DNA of 64,000 nt from Camelus dromedarius. Taxonomy: Eukaryota. Below the pieces are notes generated by a model. The model saw nothing but the letters and a program-made list of their open reading frames with translations. It ran no database searches and was not told the DNA's origin. Positions 12,773-25,672 of this stretch are shown here, one piece after another (the first letter of the stretch is position 1; each line of letters starts with the position of its first letter). The DNA lies in assembly GCF_036321535.1 (NCBI RefSeq), contig NC_087437.1, positions 63,676,001 to 63,740,000 of the forward strand, written 5' to 3'. The position numbers and the translations under genes were made by a program.

Positions 12773-15109
12773 CTTTAGACCATGATACAGATTGCATGGT
12801 GTCCGTGTGGAATTTCATAAGAGATTTCAGATTTTACCAGGGTAAAATGAAGTGGGTAGGAAGGTAAACAAAGGAAGACAAACTTAGTGCTATAAATTTT
12901 AAGTCACAACAGAGTTTATAGACTTCTTAATTCATATGATGAAAATAATGAGAATAATTATGAAAGTGTGGCGAGGTTTTCAGGTTAGGAAAATCAAGAG
13001 AAAAACAAATTGCAGATATTGGAAAAGGTGTGGAAGGATACATATCAGACTGTTACTAACTAGTGTTTACCTTTGTGGAGGGTTGTGGTATTTGGGGGGA
13101 ATAAAAGGAAATTTCTGCTTTTTATTCTATACACTTTAGTGTGCTTTTACATATCACTTTGTGAATCTTAAAATTGAAAAGGAAAGATGTGATATAAGTA
13201 TGTAATAAAATATAATAGAAAACAAAGTGAATGAGGAAAATAAGATTAAAAAGTTTTTTGAAAAAGAAAGAAAATAGACAGCTTAGATAGGTTATCTTTT
13301 GATTTAAAGTGAAGTACAGAATTTACATCTGTTAAAAAAAGAAAAAGATAGTAGCAATGATAACAAACCTATAGGATGATCGAGTACAGCACAAATGCAT
13401 TGTTTCTAATGTTTATGTAAATAGACTCATTAATTTTATCAAAATAAAAAGGTAGAGTGGTGGTTACTAGTTTAAAAAGCAAAATTCTACAATCTGTTGC
13501 CTTTAAAAGACTGATTTACACTTACTAAAGGACAGACCAATTCCTAGGACCAAGCATACCAGAAAAGCAAGACTGTCTAGTCACAGCATAAGATAAAGTT
13601 GATTTTAGAGCAGAAGCCAAAGAGAAACTTGCCAAGTTCACAATTTGTCATACAGAAGGAACATGGGAGACACATGCTGGTAGAATGTGTTGATGGGTGA
13701 ATGATTATCATAGAAAAGCTGGCAGAAATGGCTAAAGAATTAAAAATAGAATTGTACTTGAGAGGAGTCACAGCATATGTAAAAGAACACTGGAGATGAG
13801 AAATTTGGGTACTAAGTCTTGGTTTTGCCACTTGGTCTCAACCTCTCTGCAGTGAATATGCTGGATTAGATGATCTTAGCATTTTTTCCCAGTTTTAAGT
13901 TCTATGAGGCTTTAATATTTTATAATCAGAATATGAAAATAAAGCAGGCAATGATTAAAAAAATTACAGAATATAGCATGAAAGGTATGATTAAGTGACA
14001 GAAAAAATAATGGTAATTAAGGAAATTTTACCTATTTCCTCTTTTAAACATGGGTATAAAAGGATTTTGAAGACAAATTTGGACTGAAACCTTTGAGAGA
14101 GCCCAGTAAATACCCTCTTTTTCTTACTTATGTTCTGAACGTTGACAACTCAGGGGAATAGCATAAGGATCCTAAAAATTACCTGTATTAGTCATAGAGG
14201 CCTAGCTGGAGGCTATACATTAGTGTGCAAGCCAAATGGGTTTGAACTCCAGAATTAGACTCACCAGTCTGCTGGCTCCAGGCAGCAAGCGGCCAGGGCA
14301 GCATGGAGGAAACAAGAGAACTCAGGGTTCTTTGTGGAAACCGTAGGGTGGAGCCGAGTTGAACACGCCCCATTTATTTTAACCAAATCTACTGCTCAGT
14401 TGACTCATCCTTCCTTTCCGGGGTAAAGTGATTAACAGGTGGGGAAAGACCAGAAATATTTGGGAGAAAAGCATTATGAAGCCACAGGAGAGGGGAAAGG
14501 TGTTCCTCTCTGATCATAAGTGCTATATATTCATTGTAGAAAAAAAATCCAGATAAATATAAAGAAAGAAGAGCATTCTTGTCATAAACTTACTACCTAA
14601 AGATAACCACTGTTAACATTATTGGTGTCTGTCTTTCAAGGCTACATGTTATTATATAGGTATTATATAGGTATATAGGTATTATTAGATAAAATTGAAT
14701 CATACATATGTATAGTGTGATAAAACTAGCCAAATACTGGTAGACATAACCCAAATTAGCTCTGGCCCTCTCCACAGTAATGTGAGTGTAGTAGTCATGC
14801 CTTGTAGAGCTGCCCAGCTCAGGGGATTTTATTCTCTCTGGAAGTTTTCCCAGTTGTACTAGACACATAGCTGTATATACCCCTAACTACCTCTCAGGCC
14901 ATAGCTGGCTGATCCAGGAGTGCGCACCTGGCCCAAACTGGACTGGTCAGACTTTCCCACAAGAATCTGGAATTTCTAATTGAAAGACAGAATTGGAACT
15001 CAAGGTAGCAGAATGAATAAATTCATGAATGAAAGCTGCTTGGGTTCCTATTCCTCTTGAGACTTGCTAAACTTTTTTGGACTTTGTTGTTGTTGTTTTA
15101 CCTTGGATT

Positions 15110-15454
15110 AAAAATGAAACTGAAGGGTAAGTAGACAGCACAGAAGACTTTGAGGGCAGTGAACTACTCTGTATAATACTGTAATGGTGGGCACATGTCA
15201 TTATACATTTGTCCAAGCCCATAGAATGTATAAAAGCAACACTGAACCCTCAGCTGTGGACTCTGAATGATGTCAGTGTTGGTTCATTAATTGTAACAAA
15301 TGTACCACTCTGATAAGGGATGTGGATAGTTGGGGAGGCTATGTGTGAGTCAGGGCAAGGAGTATATGGGAAATCTGTACCTTCCTCTCAATTTTGCTGT
15401 GAACCTAAAACTACTCTTTAAAAAGTGAAGTCTTCTTTAAAAAATGAAACTGAA
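15110..15454 (+). mobile_element. Old L1 (L1MC-like) 3' end with 15-bp TSD
   Basis: cacatgtcattatacatttgtccaagcccatagaatgta...tgtaccttcctctcaattttgctgtgaacctaaaact, flanked by AAAAATGAAACTGAA at 15110-15124 and 15440-15454. Confidence 0.8.
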
Positions 15455-15949
15455 CAAATTTGTTGGTAACTTACAAAAATAATTTCCTTAGTGCAAGGCT
15501 TAGAAACTTTTTCAAAAAAGATGTTTCCAAATAGCTTGTTGTGAAAAATGACATTCAACATTGAGGTTGAATTTTTAAACTAAAATGAGCTTATTGCCAG
15601 TAGGTGGAAATGGAAAGGGTTCAAGAGGAGAGAGAAAATTATGACATATTTTCAAGAGAGATTTTGAATATGGCAGGTCTTCTGAATTTATTCCGATGAT
15701 GTATGCTTATTTTAGTCCAGTGATTCTCAGTAGATCTCAACAAGAGCAACACAACCCCTCTAGAATGTGCTTTGGAAAATTGTGAGGGTATTTTGCAGTG
15801 AAGGTTTGTTCTGTAACCCCCTGACTTTTGTGTATATACCATGGGCTGACCCCTACACAAATATAAACTTGATAGTTTTGTAGTACATACTAACACTAAA
15901 AAATCTTCATGAGAAATTAAACAAAAAGCCTATTAAGTTAGAAGAAGTT

Positions 15950-16012
15950 TGTTTTATATTTTCTCTTGCTGCATGACAAAATATCATAAACTTAGCAGCT
16001 TAAAACAGCACT
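15950..16012 (-). mobile_element. MLT1 LTR terminal fragment interrupted by the young L1
   Basis: ttgctgcatgacaaaatatcataaacttagcagcttaaaacagcac is the reverse complement of an MLT1 3' terminus. Confidence 0.65.
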
Positions 16013-18161
16013 CGTCCTATGCGCAGCACCCAGGCAGGGGTGGGGCCGAGACCTGAATCCGCAACATGGGGCTCCGCAACCTCCTGGGCACGACTGAGAC
16101 TTGTTGACAGCCAGAGGCAGATAGTATCTTTCTGCCCTGGCACCTCAGAGAACTCGGGCTGCCAAGACAAACAAGGAGCTCAGATTTGGCACAGAGCAGG
16201 GGCAGGGCTGTTCCACGGTCTTCCCCGAGCCCGCCTATGGGGTCCTGACCTGAGCTGCACAGAGCAATGGAGACACTGGCGTTGGGAGAGGGCAGGCGGC
16301 CACCCACCTTTCCGGCAGGAATGCAGCAGCTGACCACGGTGCCTGGAGGGGCACTATCCACCCACCTGCCTCGCTCAAGCACAGCATCTGACTGCAGCAT
16401 CCAGGGGAGGAGTGACCCGCCCGCTCACTGGCCACAGTGCCAGAGAGGTAGGAGCAAGATGAAGAAGCAGAGGAACCATTCCCAATTAAAAGATCAAGAG
16501 AAATCCCCTGAAAGCACGATCAAGGAAACAGACATTGATGGCCTACTAGATCAAGATTTCAAAAAAGGAGTGATCAAAGTACTGAAGGAACTAAAAGAAA
16601 TAGTGTTTAGAGATATAAAATATGTAAAAAATGAAATAGAAACTATAAAGAAGAACCAAGTAGAATTAGTAAATTCATTTGCTGAGATGAGAGCTGACCT
16701 AAAGGCTGTGCAAAGCAGCCTAGAAAATGTAGAGGAACGAATAAGTGACCTAGAAGACAGGACAACAGAAAGCACCCAATCAGAACAGCTGAGAGAAAAA
16801 CAAATAAAAACAATTAAAACAATATAAGGGACCTATAGGATAATATAAAGCGTGCCAATCTACGCATAATAGGGGCTCCAGAAGGAGAAGAAAGAACAGG
16901 GGGGATTGAAAAGGTATTTGAAGAAATCATGACTGAAAACTTCCCAAACCTAAAGAAGGAATCAGATATCCAAGTACAGGAGGCTCGGAGGGTCCCAAAC
17001 AGGAAGAACCCAAACAGACCCACACCAAGACATATCATCATCAAGATGGCCAGAGTAAAGGATAAAGAAATGACCCTAAAGGCAGCAAGAGAAAAACAAA
17101 GAGTGAGTTACAAGGGAAGCCCCATAAGGCTCTCAGCTGATTTCTCTACAAACACTACAGGCCAGAAGGGAGTGACAAGATACATTCAAAGTCCTGAATG
17201 AAAAAAAGATACAGCCTAGGATACTCTATCCAGCAAGGGTATCCTTTAGAATAGAAGGAGAGAGAAAGAACTTCAGAGACAAGCAAAAACTGAAAGAGTT
17301 TAGCAACACTAAACCCACGCTAAAAGGAGTATTGACAGGTCTACTCTAAATAGAAAAGAAGCAGGATGCTACAAAAATGAGAAACTCATAACTGGAAAGG
17401 AGATAACTACCATGAATTACAAATAGGATAAACACAAAATTTTAAAAGAAGACATCTAAATCATTAAGAGTGGGAGAGGGAAGCAAGGAAAGCCACTGTG
17501 GAAGACAGTATGGAGATTCCTCAAAAGACTAGGAATAGACTTATGATAGGACCCAGGAATCCCACTCCTGGGCATATATCCAGAAGGAACCCTACTTCAA
17601 AATGACACCTGCACCCGAATGTTCATAGCAGCACTATTTACAATAGCCAAGACATGGAAGCAGCCTAGATGTCCATCAACAGATGACTGGATAAAGAAGG
17701 TGTGATACATTTATACAGTGGAATACTATTCAGCCGCAAAACCCGACAACAGAACGCCATTTGCAGCAACATGGATGTTTCTGGAGAATGTCATTTTAAG
17801 TGAAGTAAGCCAGAAAGAGAAAGAAAAATACCATATACGATCACTCTTATGTGGAATCTAAAAACAAACAAACAGACTCATAGACATAGAATACAAGCCT
17901 GTGGTTGCCAAGGGGGCGGGGGGTGGGAAGGGATAGACTGGGATTTTAAAATGTAGAATAGATAAACAAGATTATATTGTATAGCACAGGGAAATATATA
18001 CAAGTTCTTGTGGTAGCTCACAGCGAAAAAAAAATGTGACAATGAATATATGTATGTTCATGTATAACTGAAAAAATGTGCTCTACACTGGAATTTGACA
18101 CAGTATTGTAAAATGACTATTACTCAATAAAAAAAGTTATAAATAAATAAATAAATAAATA
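16013..18161 (+). mobile_element. Young lineage-specific L1, internally deleted: partial 5'UTR, ORF1, inter-ORF, ORF2 C-terminus, 3'UTR, (TAAA)n tail
   Basis: GC-rich 5'UTR 16013-16458; ORF1 16459-17349; jump at 17490/17491 to ORF2 PLWKTVWRFLKRLGIDL..DPGIPLLGIYP...CPSTDDWIKK; 3'UTR ending caataaaaaaag...(taaa)n. Confidence 0.92.
16459..17349 (+). pseudogene. L1 ORF1p, full length but disabled by frameshifts and stops
   Basis: MKKQRNHSQLKDQEK...EERISDLEDR; frameshift ~16810 and stops; NIKRANLRIIG.PEGEE; MTENFPNL...RPTPRHIIIK...LKAAREK...PIRLSADFS; frameshift ~17150; TLQARRE*Q...QPRILYPARVSF...KQKLKEF...GLL* (TAA 17347-17349). Confidence 0.9.
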
Positions 18162-20764
18162 CTCCCCTTTATATGGAAAAAAAAAGTGAACCCAAGTCAA
18201 ATAAAGATATCATCTCAAAATAATTGAGTAATTTGTTCACTCTGCACATTCTGTTCTGTAAGCATTGTAACATTTCCAGCTTGCATATTTAGTTGACAGA
18301 GACTTCAGTGCAATAGGGTTATTACTGCAAGAGCAGTGAAACTGATTGAAAATACGAAATAAATTTGAGATTCCTGTTCAGACTGAAACGGAGATGTGAA
18401 ATGCAGGGATCTCATTCTGTTTCTTTAATACAACTATTTTAATAATATTTTATATTATCTTTTTTAAAATCACTACATCTTTTCAGTTTTATCCTAAAAC
18501 TATCCCTAGTCTATTACACAACTACTTTATCGTCTCTTGCTTTACTGTTTTTTGTCTAATCCATCTTTTTTTCTTTTTTGCACCATTCAAAGAACGTTAT
18601 CTGCAAGTTCTTTTTACAGACTAGACAGATTTTACGTCTCAGTGGCATTTCAAGGCAGAAGGACAAATTTTCGGTGATTCTGCCTTCCTACCCTATCCCA
18701 AGACATAATCTAGGGGATTATTTTGACTCCACACTTACAAATAAGACCTAGCTTCATTCATGACGATGTCGTGCTTCTTCGTTTTCTCTGCTTTGTTATT
18801 TACTTGGCATATGATTTTAACTTCAGTTAAGACTATTTCCCTATGTCCATTATTATCTTAATACTATTTTACTAGTGTTGGTCTGTACCTCTGCTCTTTT
18901 ATTTTCCTATACTTGTCCGGAGTGCTTTCTGATACTCTTACTTTTAAATTCAAATTTATTCACCCTAAGTTGGTACATACGTCTGACTGCTTCATTACGT
19001 CATTATGTCCCAAGCAGTTAAGTGTGGAAATACATATTTTTTAAAATATACAACTTTCTTTTTATTTCTTCTTTATCTACCAGTTAGGACGTTGTTTGTT
19101 TTAATTTTTGTGTAGGTAAGTTTTATCATCTATGAATTTTATTTCAGGTTAGTAAAGGAGGCATCATAAAATACTTGTGATTCTATTGGGGAGATTGGGT
19201 CTAAAAGGACTAAGATCTGTTGTGTCACACAAAGAAATCTTGATGGGCCTTGAGTGTTACATATCCTGTTCTGCAGTGTCCTGTTGTACATCAGCAGCCT
19301 GGATGTCTTGCTACATACATGAATGGAATAGGTTTTCTGTCGTATCTCAGGGGATGCTCATCACTCATCTTTCATTCCATTTCATTTTAATCAGCACGTA
19401 TCTTAGTTTTCCTCAACTTTGCAGCAAGAGGTTCAGCTTATCTTGTAACATTCAGACATTTGAGATTCTTAGCAGTGTTTTCTTTTGAAAAATATAAGAT
19501 TTGCAGTCTAGTAATTCTTTTGTTCTTTTATCAGTTATCAACAGATTTGTGCAGCTTGATTTTTTAATCCAAGCTATCCATTGTCCCCCTCCCTTCAAAA
19601 AAGCTTAGTGAAATAATAGACTTGAGTACAGAGTTTTATTTAGGCATATTTTAGATAAAGCTAAGTCTTGTCACGTTGTGGCTTCTGTAGACATAACTAA
19701 TGTACAGTGTAATAATATTATAGAAAAAGCAAAGTAGAGTAGAAATAAAACCTAGGTTTTTGATCCTGGACATTACTTACTATTTTGGTCAAGTAGAGCA
19801 GCTCTTCTTAGCCTTAGTTTTCTCATCTGCAAGTAGAGATATCTGTCCTGCCCATCTTTCAGGATTATTGTTAGGCTCAAACAACACAATGATGGCTAGG
19901 GAAATGTAAATTCTAAAATACACCGCAATAGTTGTTACTGGATGAATAGGAAGGGGATTTGGAAAAACCTAATTCACTGGCTAGACGACCATTGAAATGG
20001 AGAGGAGATAGAGATCTCATCCGTGCACTGGAGATAAAAAAAACTAGGAAGCATTGGCAGGACTTGGAAACCTATTTGAGTTGAGAGTGAGGGAAAGGAA
20101 AGAGCAGTTGAATCTGACAGTGGGAGGTTGGGGATCAAGAGGCATGGTAGGTAAGAAGGAAGGAAAGGGTGAGCTTCCTATTGAGCATGCCATGTTTGGG
20201 ATGCTGCTGATACACACAGATGGAAATGTCCAAAGGAATGTGGGCCTGGAGCTCAGAGTTCCGGGGTTAGAGATTGGACTGGGAACGCCCCTGTAATGAG
20301 GTCATGGGATGAGATCAGGTGGAGTCCAGGGGCAGAGCTTTGTGGAATGAATGTCTGTACTGATGAGCCTGCTGGGCATGAAGAGGCTCTCAGACCCTGG
20401 TTCCGTAGTCTGCGACGTTGCTCTCCTGTAGAATATGGAACATGGGAGATGTACACGTATTGCTCTTACCAGTTCGTGTATTAGGAAAGAGTTCCTTGGC
20501 ATCTGATAAACTACTGGGTGAGAGTTACTCCTTAGGAAATCTCCTACAGACACACAAACTAAAAATGAACAAACAAAATACAAACAAGAACTTGCATTTT
20601 GTTAAATAGCCTTTAGCCAAGTTTAAAAGCTGAATGTTCATTCTTCAAATTCAGTTCTGCTGGCAGACATTGCTCTATTCTTACTGAAAGGCTCGTTTAT
20701 ATGAAGTAAAACTAATATTATTGATTTTTACTAATTCTCTTTTTCCCCCTTTTTTTCTCTCTAG

Positions 20765-20783
20765 ATTTTACATTGTGCAATAG
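20765..20783 (+). CDS. HACD2: HACD2 coding exon 3 (19-nt microexon)
   Basis: Branch point TACTAAT 20729-20735, ~27-nt pyrimidine tract, CTAG acceptor. ATT TTA CAT TGT GCA ATA G = ILHCAI(G). Consensus donor AG|GTAAGT. Restores frame between exons 2 and 4. Confidence 0.95.
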
Positions 20784-22659
20784 GTAAGTATGGAATTTCT
20801 CCCTCCTTACCCCTGTCACTTATGTACACTGGATTCTGCCTTTTTTAAGTCAGATTTTTAATCAGATTCTGGTTGAATATTGAAAAAACCTAAACTGTTT
20901 AATCATTATATATAAAATTTCTTAGGCTTTTGATTTCTAAAACCATAGATACTATTTAGATGTTATCACTGAACCCTGTATTAAATGTCATAGCTGTTTT
21001 GCTCTGTCAATTTCAAGAGGCCTCTCTTACGTTCTCAGTACAGGGGAAATAGAGAAACACTAGCATATTTATAAAAATGTGGCTTGGAGTGCTAGGCTTT
21101 GTTGAAAGCCCTCTCTGATCACTTAAATGTTATATTCTCTTTCCTTATCTCTTAAAATGGAGTACTGCTTGTATTGCCTACCTCCCAGATGAATATTTAA
21201 CGTGTGAGAAGGACTGGAAAGTCTAAGTACGAAGGGTTTTACAAATGGTGAGGGATTTCTACTGAAAGCAGCTAGAGTGTATTTCCGTTTGGAGGGAAGG
21301 AGGACAGTCATCATATTCTGCCCTGGAACTGAGGCATGGCTTCTGGTCTGTGGTGGCTGGACTCCTAATCAAGCAGAAATCAGTTTTAAACAATTGACAG
21401 ACCCTGTAGAGTAATCCCACAGTGGTTGCTGTGCATCACACTTAGCTCTCAGAGAGGGAATCTGAAGTTGATACTCACTGAGAAGCACCAAAGGTCTGAA
21501 AGCTCTGGAACTATGCATTCAAACCGCTATGGCCCTGATCAACATAACTGACAAATTGAGTACTCACTGTGTTAGGGCACCAGAGAGCTCAGAAATGAGG
21601 AGGCTTACAGACCAGGTGGGCACACAGTAACCTGTCCACTATGGGTCTTGAAGGGGTGACATGGTACCACTACTTTTAAGGAAGACGACACCTTCCTTAT
21701 ATAGGCTTGCACTTCGGCTGTTTTCCCACTAGAAGGAGGTCTACAATCAGGGATTTCTCAAATGATTTGTAGAATTTTGTTTGGTTTTTTTGGAAGGGGG
21801 TTAGAACTCATAGCTTTCATAGATGCTCGGAGGAGTGTATGATTCAGAAGGCTAAGAAGCTGCTTTAGCACCTTTAAGCAAGAGATTTGAAAGAAGCTTG
21901 GAGACTTATTTATCATATGGTCTGCTTTTCCAGAAAAGGGCAAGGGACCTGGGCAGGTCACAAGCCAGTAAATGGTGCAGCCTCGCTTGGACCCTGGCCA
22001 GTCTGAGCCAGAGCCGACCAGGCTGACTATTTTATGGTGTAGGGGTCTCAGCTAATGTATAGTCTCACATACATTTCCTTTTTGTCCTTTATAGTTTTGA
22101 GGTGAAAAGTTTTGTCCCATCTTAAATGCTGAAATTTGCAGAATGAGGGATACGTTCAGCCAGAGAGAGTTCTGGACCCATGTCTGGCCTTCTCCACATG
22201 ACTGAACCCTGTGTCTGCATTCTCCCCCACTCTCTGAACTTTCGCTGCCTCTGTATAAAGCTCTTAGATGCGTGTTTTCTGAGCATGTGTATTATTATTT
22301 TGTTAATATTTCATTGTATCTTAATACCGAGATTCCTTTTTTCTTTAGCATATGTTTTCATGCATTTGTATATAATTTCTACCCCTGAAAATAAAGTTTC
22401 TGACAAGTATATTTATTCATTCATACCAAGAACAAGATGGAATGCCCACCAGGTGGGGCCAGACACTGTCAGGCAGTGGGAATAGAGAGGTAGACAGGCA
22501 CAGGCTTAGGCTCAGGAAACCCACAGTCAAATGGGTGCCACTCCGAGCTCCTCTGGTGGGGTGCACTCTGAGGACTAGTATCCGTGTCACATTCTTCTCT
22601 GATGGTTCATTGACAGGTGTCCCTAGGGCTAAATGTGGTCCCTGATACCAAGGAGATGC

Positions 22660-24352
22660 TTGCTTTGAAATTCCTTCCTATTTTCTCATGAACCTTGTTC
22701 CATCAGTGATTCTCTCTCATGCATCATCACCCTTTGTCACCCACCTTTTCCTTCTCAGCTCACAAGATGCTCAGAGTGCTCCAGCCTAAAAATTTGTGAC
22801 CTAACCTTTGACCCTGTCTTTCTCCCCTGTTACTACATAATTCCTTCGCATCCCTTTTACCAGATTTATGGTATTCTCTTTCCAATTCCACACTCCCATT
22901 TTTACCTTAACCCAGCAGGTGTGCTTCTGTCCCCCTAGTCCTGCTAAAATTGCGCTCTGGCCTAAAATCAGCACTTGTTTCTGTTAAATTTCGAAGACAT
23001 ATTTGGAGTTTACTGAACTTCTGAACTACATCGGGCACAGCTGATGACTCCTTTGTGACATCGTGGTCCTTTAGCTTACATTATACTGAGCCCTCCTTGG
23101 CTTTTCTGGTCCTCTGTGGTTCTTTTCTTTCTCTGGGGGCTTCTTTTTCTCTCCTTGCCCCTTAATTGTTGGTGTTCCCAGGGTGTGGCTTGGCTCATTG
23201 CTCTTATGACCGAACAGGCCCTCTGTGGGTGATCTCTTCCCTTCTCATGGTTTGAGATACTCATGACACTTACATCTCTAACTCCAAGCCATACCTGCAT
23301 CCCAGACTCAGGTGCATCCAGTGACCTCCTGGATGTCCACTCCTAGATGTACACCTCCTCTTCCTCAGCATGACTCACCCTCCCACGCTTGTTCTGTCTC
23401 CCACATCCTTCTCATCAGGTGTTCCGCCGTCCATGCAGTCACGCAGCCTAGCCCTAGGGCTCACTGATCATGCCTCCTCTCCCTAACCCACACCCCCACA
23501 TCCGGGTGGTCATCAGGCTTTCTCAGCTGTGTTTCCTAAGTGGTTCTCAGATTATCCTGTTTTTTCACCCCAATGCAGGGCTTGACTCTGTCTCATCTGG
23601 ACTCCAGCTTGGGTCTTCCTGAACTTGTAGGCCTATAATATTAATAATTGGAGCATTTGCTATGTTCCAGTGCTTTACATTCCTTATCTGCTTACTTCCC
23701 ATTTTACAGTTGACGAGACTGAGGCTTAGGTGGTTTTTTATCATCCTGCCAAAGTTCACAAAGCTAATAAGCCCTTACAGCCAGAAGTTGAACCTATGGC
23801 TTTGTGGCTCCAGTCCATGCTTCACAATCTTTGAGGGATGTAGTTAAACGGTAATTCTGAGCATGTCACTTATGTGCTTAAAACCCTTCTCTGGTTTAAA
23901 CTTCATGATTTGGCCCCCACCCACCTTCCCAGCCTTACCTGTGTCCATCCGCTGCCTCCCACTCCATGTTTCATCAATCCTGACCTTCTTGTCCCCACCC
24001 CCCCGCCTCCATATACCATGCTGCTGCACCATTTCCTGCCTGTGGTCAGCGCCCAGGCGTTGTGCTCTGCCTGGAATGAGTAGCCCCACCCCCACCCCCA
24101 CCCCTGCTTCAACTGACAACCTTCCCCTGTAAACTCCTACGACCCACTGGCTAGATTAGATGCCATTCCTCACTTTTCTGTAATACCCTGCAACTCGCTC
24201 TATTATCACACTTTCCACAATGTATTATGGTCTGTCACTGTATCTGTATCTCCCACCAACACTGAATTTTTTGAGAACAAGGACAGTTTCCTTTTGATTT
24301 CTGTATCCCAGCACCTAACAGTTTATGGCACCTAGTGGGAGCTAAGTGAACA
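22660..24352 (+). mobile_element. L2 LINE fragments with a nested MIR (~23680-23830, minus)
   Basis: L2-type motifs through to cccagcacctaacagtttatggcacctagtgggagctaagtgaacatttg. MIR-type cccattttacagttgacgagactgaggcttag in the middle. Confidence 0.6.
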
Positions 24353-24629
24353 TTTGATCATAATCTTGTCAAATTGGTGAAATTTTCCAAAACGTGTTTC
24401 AAAATGTTTTCAGTTCCTTGAAAAAAATCAATGAGAAAAATAATAAATAAGCCGTTTCTAACGTTAGCCCTAAAGGCAATGCTTTATATTTTCACACAAC
24501 TTAATTTTATTTTTGGAATGATGGCTTATTTTCCTGTGGCTTTCTGAAACTTTTCACTATAACAGCTTGGTCTTTTAGAAACTTGTTTTAGAGCCTTGAG
24601 ATGTCTTTAGTTTACATGTTTTTGATGAG

Positions 24630-24855
24630 AAGTGTAGACCTCAGTCAGACCTGGATTATGGACTAGCTTTGACTTTCAAGAAGTAGCTCAATTTTTGTGT
24701 GCCTTTGTTTCTTTATCAATAAAAAGGGGATAACAATACCCACCTCTGGGGTTGTTGTGAAAATGAAATAGCACATACATGAGAAACACTTAACTTACTG
24801 TCTGAGACATGGCAATATTGAAAATTGCCCAATAAAATGGTAGCTGTTATTATTA
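24630..24855 (+). mobile_element. MIR SINE
   Basis: MIR core: tgtgcctttgtttctttatcaataaaaaggggataacaatacccacctctggggttgttgtgaaaatgaaat...aataaaatggtagctgttattatt. Confidence 0.7.
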
Positions 24856-25265
24856 ACTAAAGCAATTTAATGTTATAGAATGTTTAAAGTTTTATTCTGC
24901 CCCTAATGTAATGTTCTACATTTAGATATATTTATGTAAGTCCATATTCTTAATTCTATTAAATTGCAATTTCTCTGTAAGTGAGTGCTTCAGGGCCACT
25001 TACTCTTAGTATGGATTGGAGTTGCTGCTTGTTCATGGTTGTAACAGTGCAGCTAGGCAAAAATAGCCTCCAGAAACAAACTAAAATTCCACATGAGGGG
25101 TTCATTTCTGTGAGGAAGTCAAGCCTCTGTCCTTCCCAAAGGGTTTCTGTGCCCCAAGTTCTTTAAAGTAGGTTGTTTGCTCTCCATTGATAACGTAGGA
25201 ACAAGATTGCTTTTGCGGGGAGGAGGGCAAGTGACAGCCCTTTTGATCACAGGTTGGAGATGTAT

Positions 25266-25672
25266 ATTTTTTAAATTAAGACATAATTGCCATGTAACAT
25301 TATATTAGTTTCAGGTGTACAACAAAATGATTTGATATGTGTATATATTGTGAGATGATCTCCAAAATTAATTAACATTCATCACCTCGTAAAGGTATTT
25401 TTTTCTCATGATAAGGACTTTTACTTTTAAGATCTACTCTCTTAGCGCCTTTCAAATATGCAATACAGTGTTATTAACTATAGACACTATGTTGTACATT
25501 AATCCCTGTGACTTATTTATGTTATAACTGGAAGCTTGTACCTTTTGACCACCTTCATCCATTCTGTCCACCCCCTGCCTCAGGCAACCACCAATCTGTT
25601 CTCTGTATCTTTGAGTTTGGGTTTTTTTAGATTTCACATTCAAGTGAGATCATACAGTATTTGTCTTTTTTC
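25266..25672 (-). mobile_element. L1 3' end (L1MA-like)
   Basis: taagatctactctcttagc...ttcaaatatgcaatacagtgttattaactatag...gcaaccaccaatctgttctctgtatct...agtgagatcatacagtatttgtc. Confidence 0.85.

Noticed and set aside
16267..16827. 186-aa ORF with a coiled-coil C-terminus
   Set aside because: L1 5'UTR read into the N-terminal half of ORF1p up to a frameshift; not a host gene.
16830..17710. Several TGG>TAG/TGA stops in the young L1 suggesting APOBEC editing
   Set aside because: Only a few sites with inconsistent context; cannot be assessed without the family consensus.
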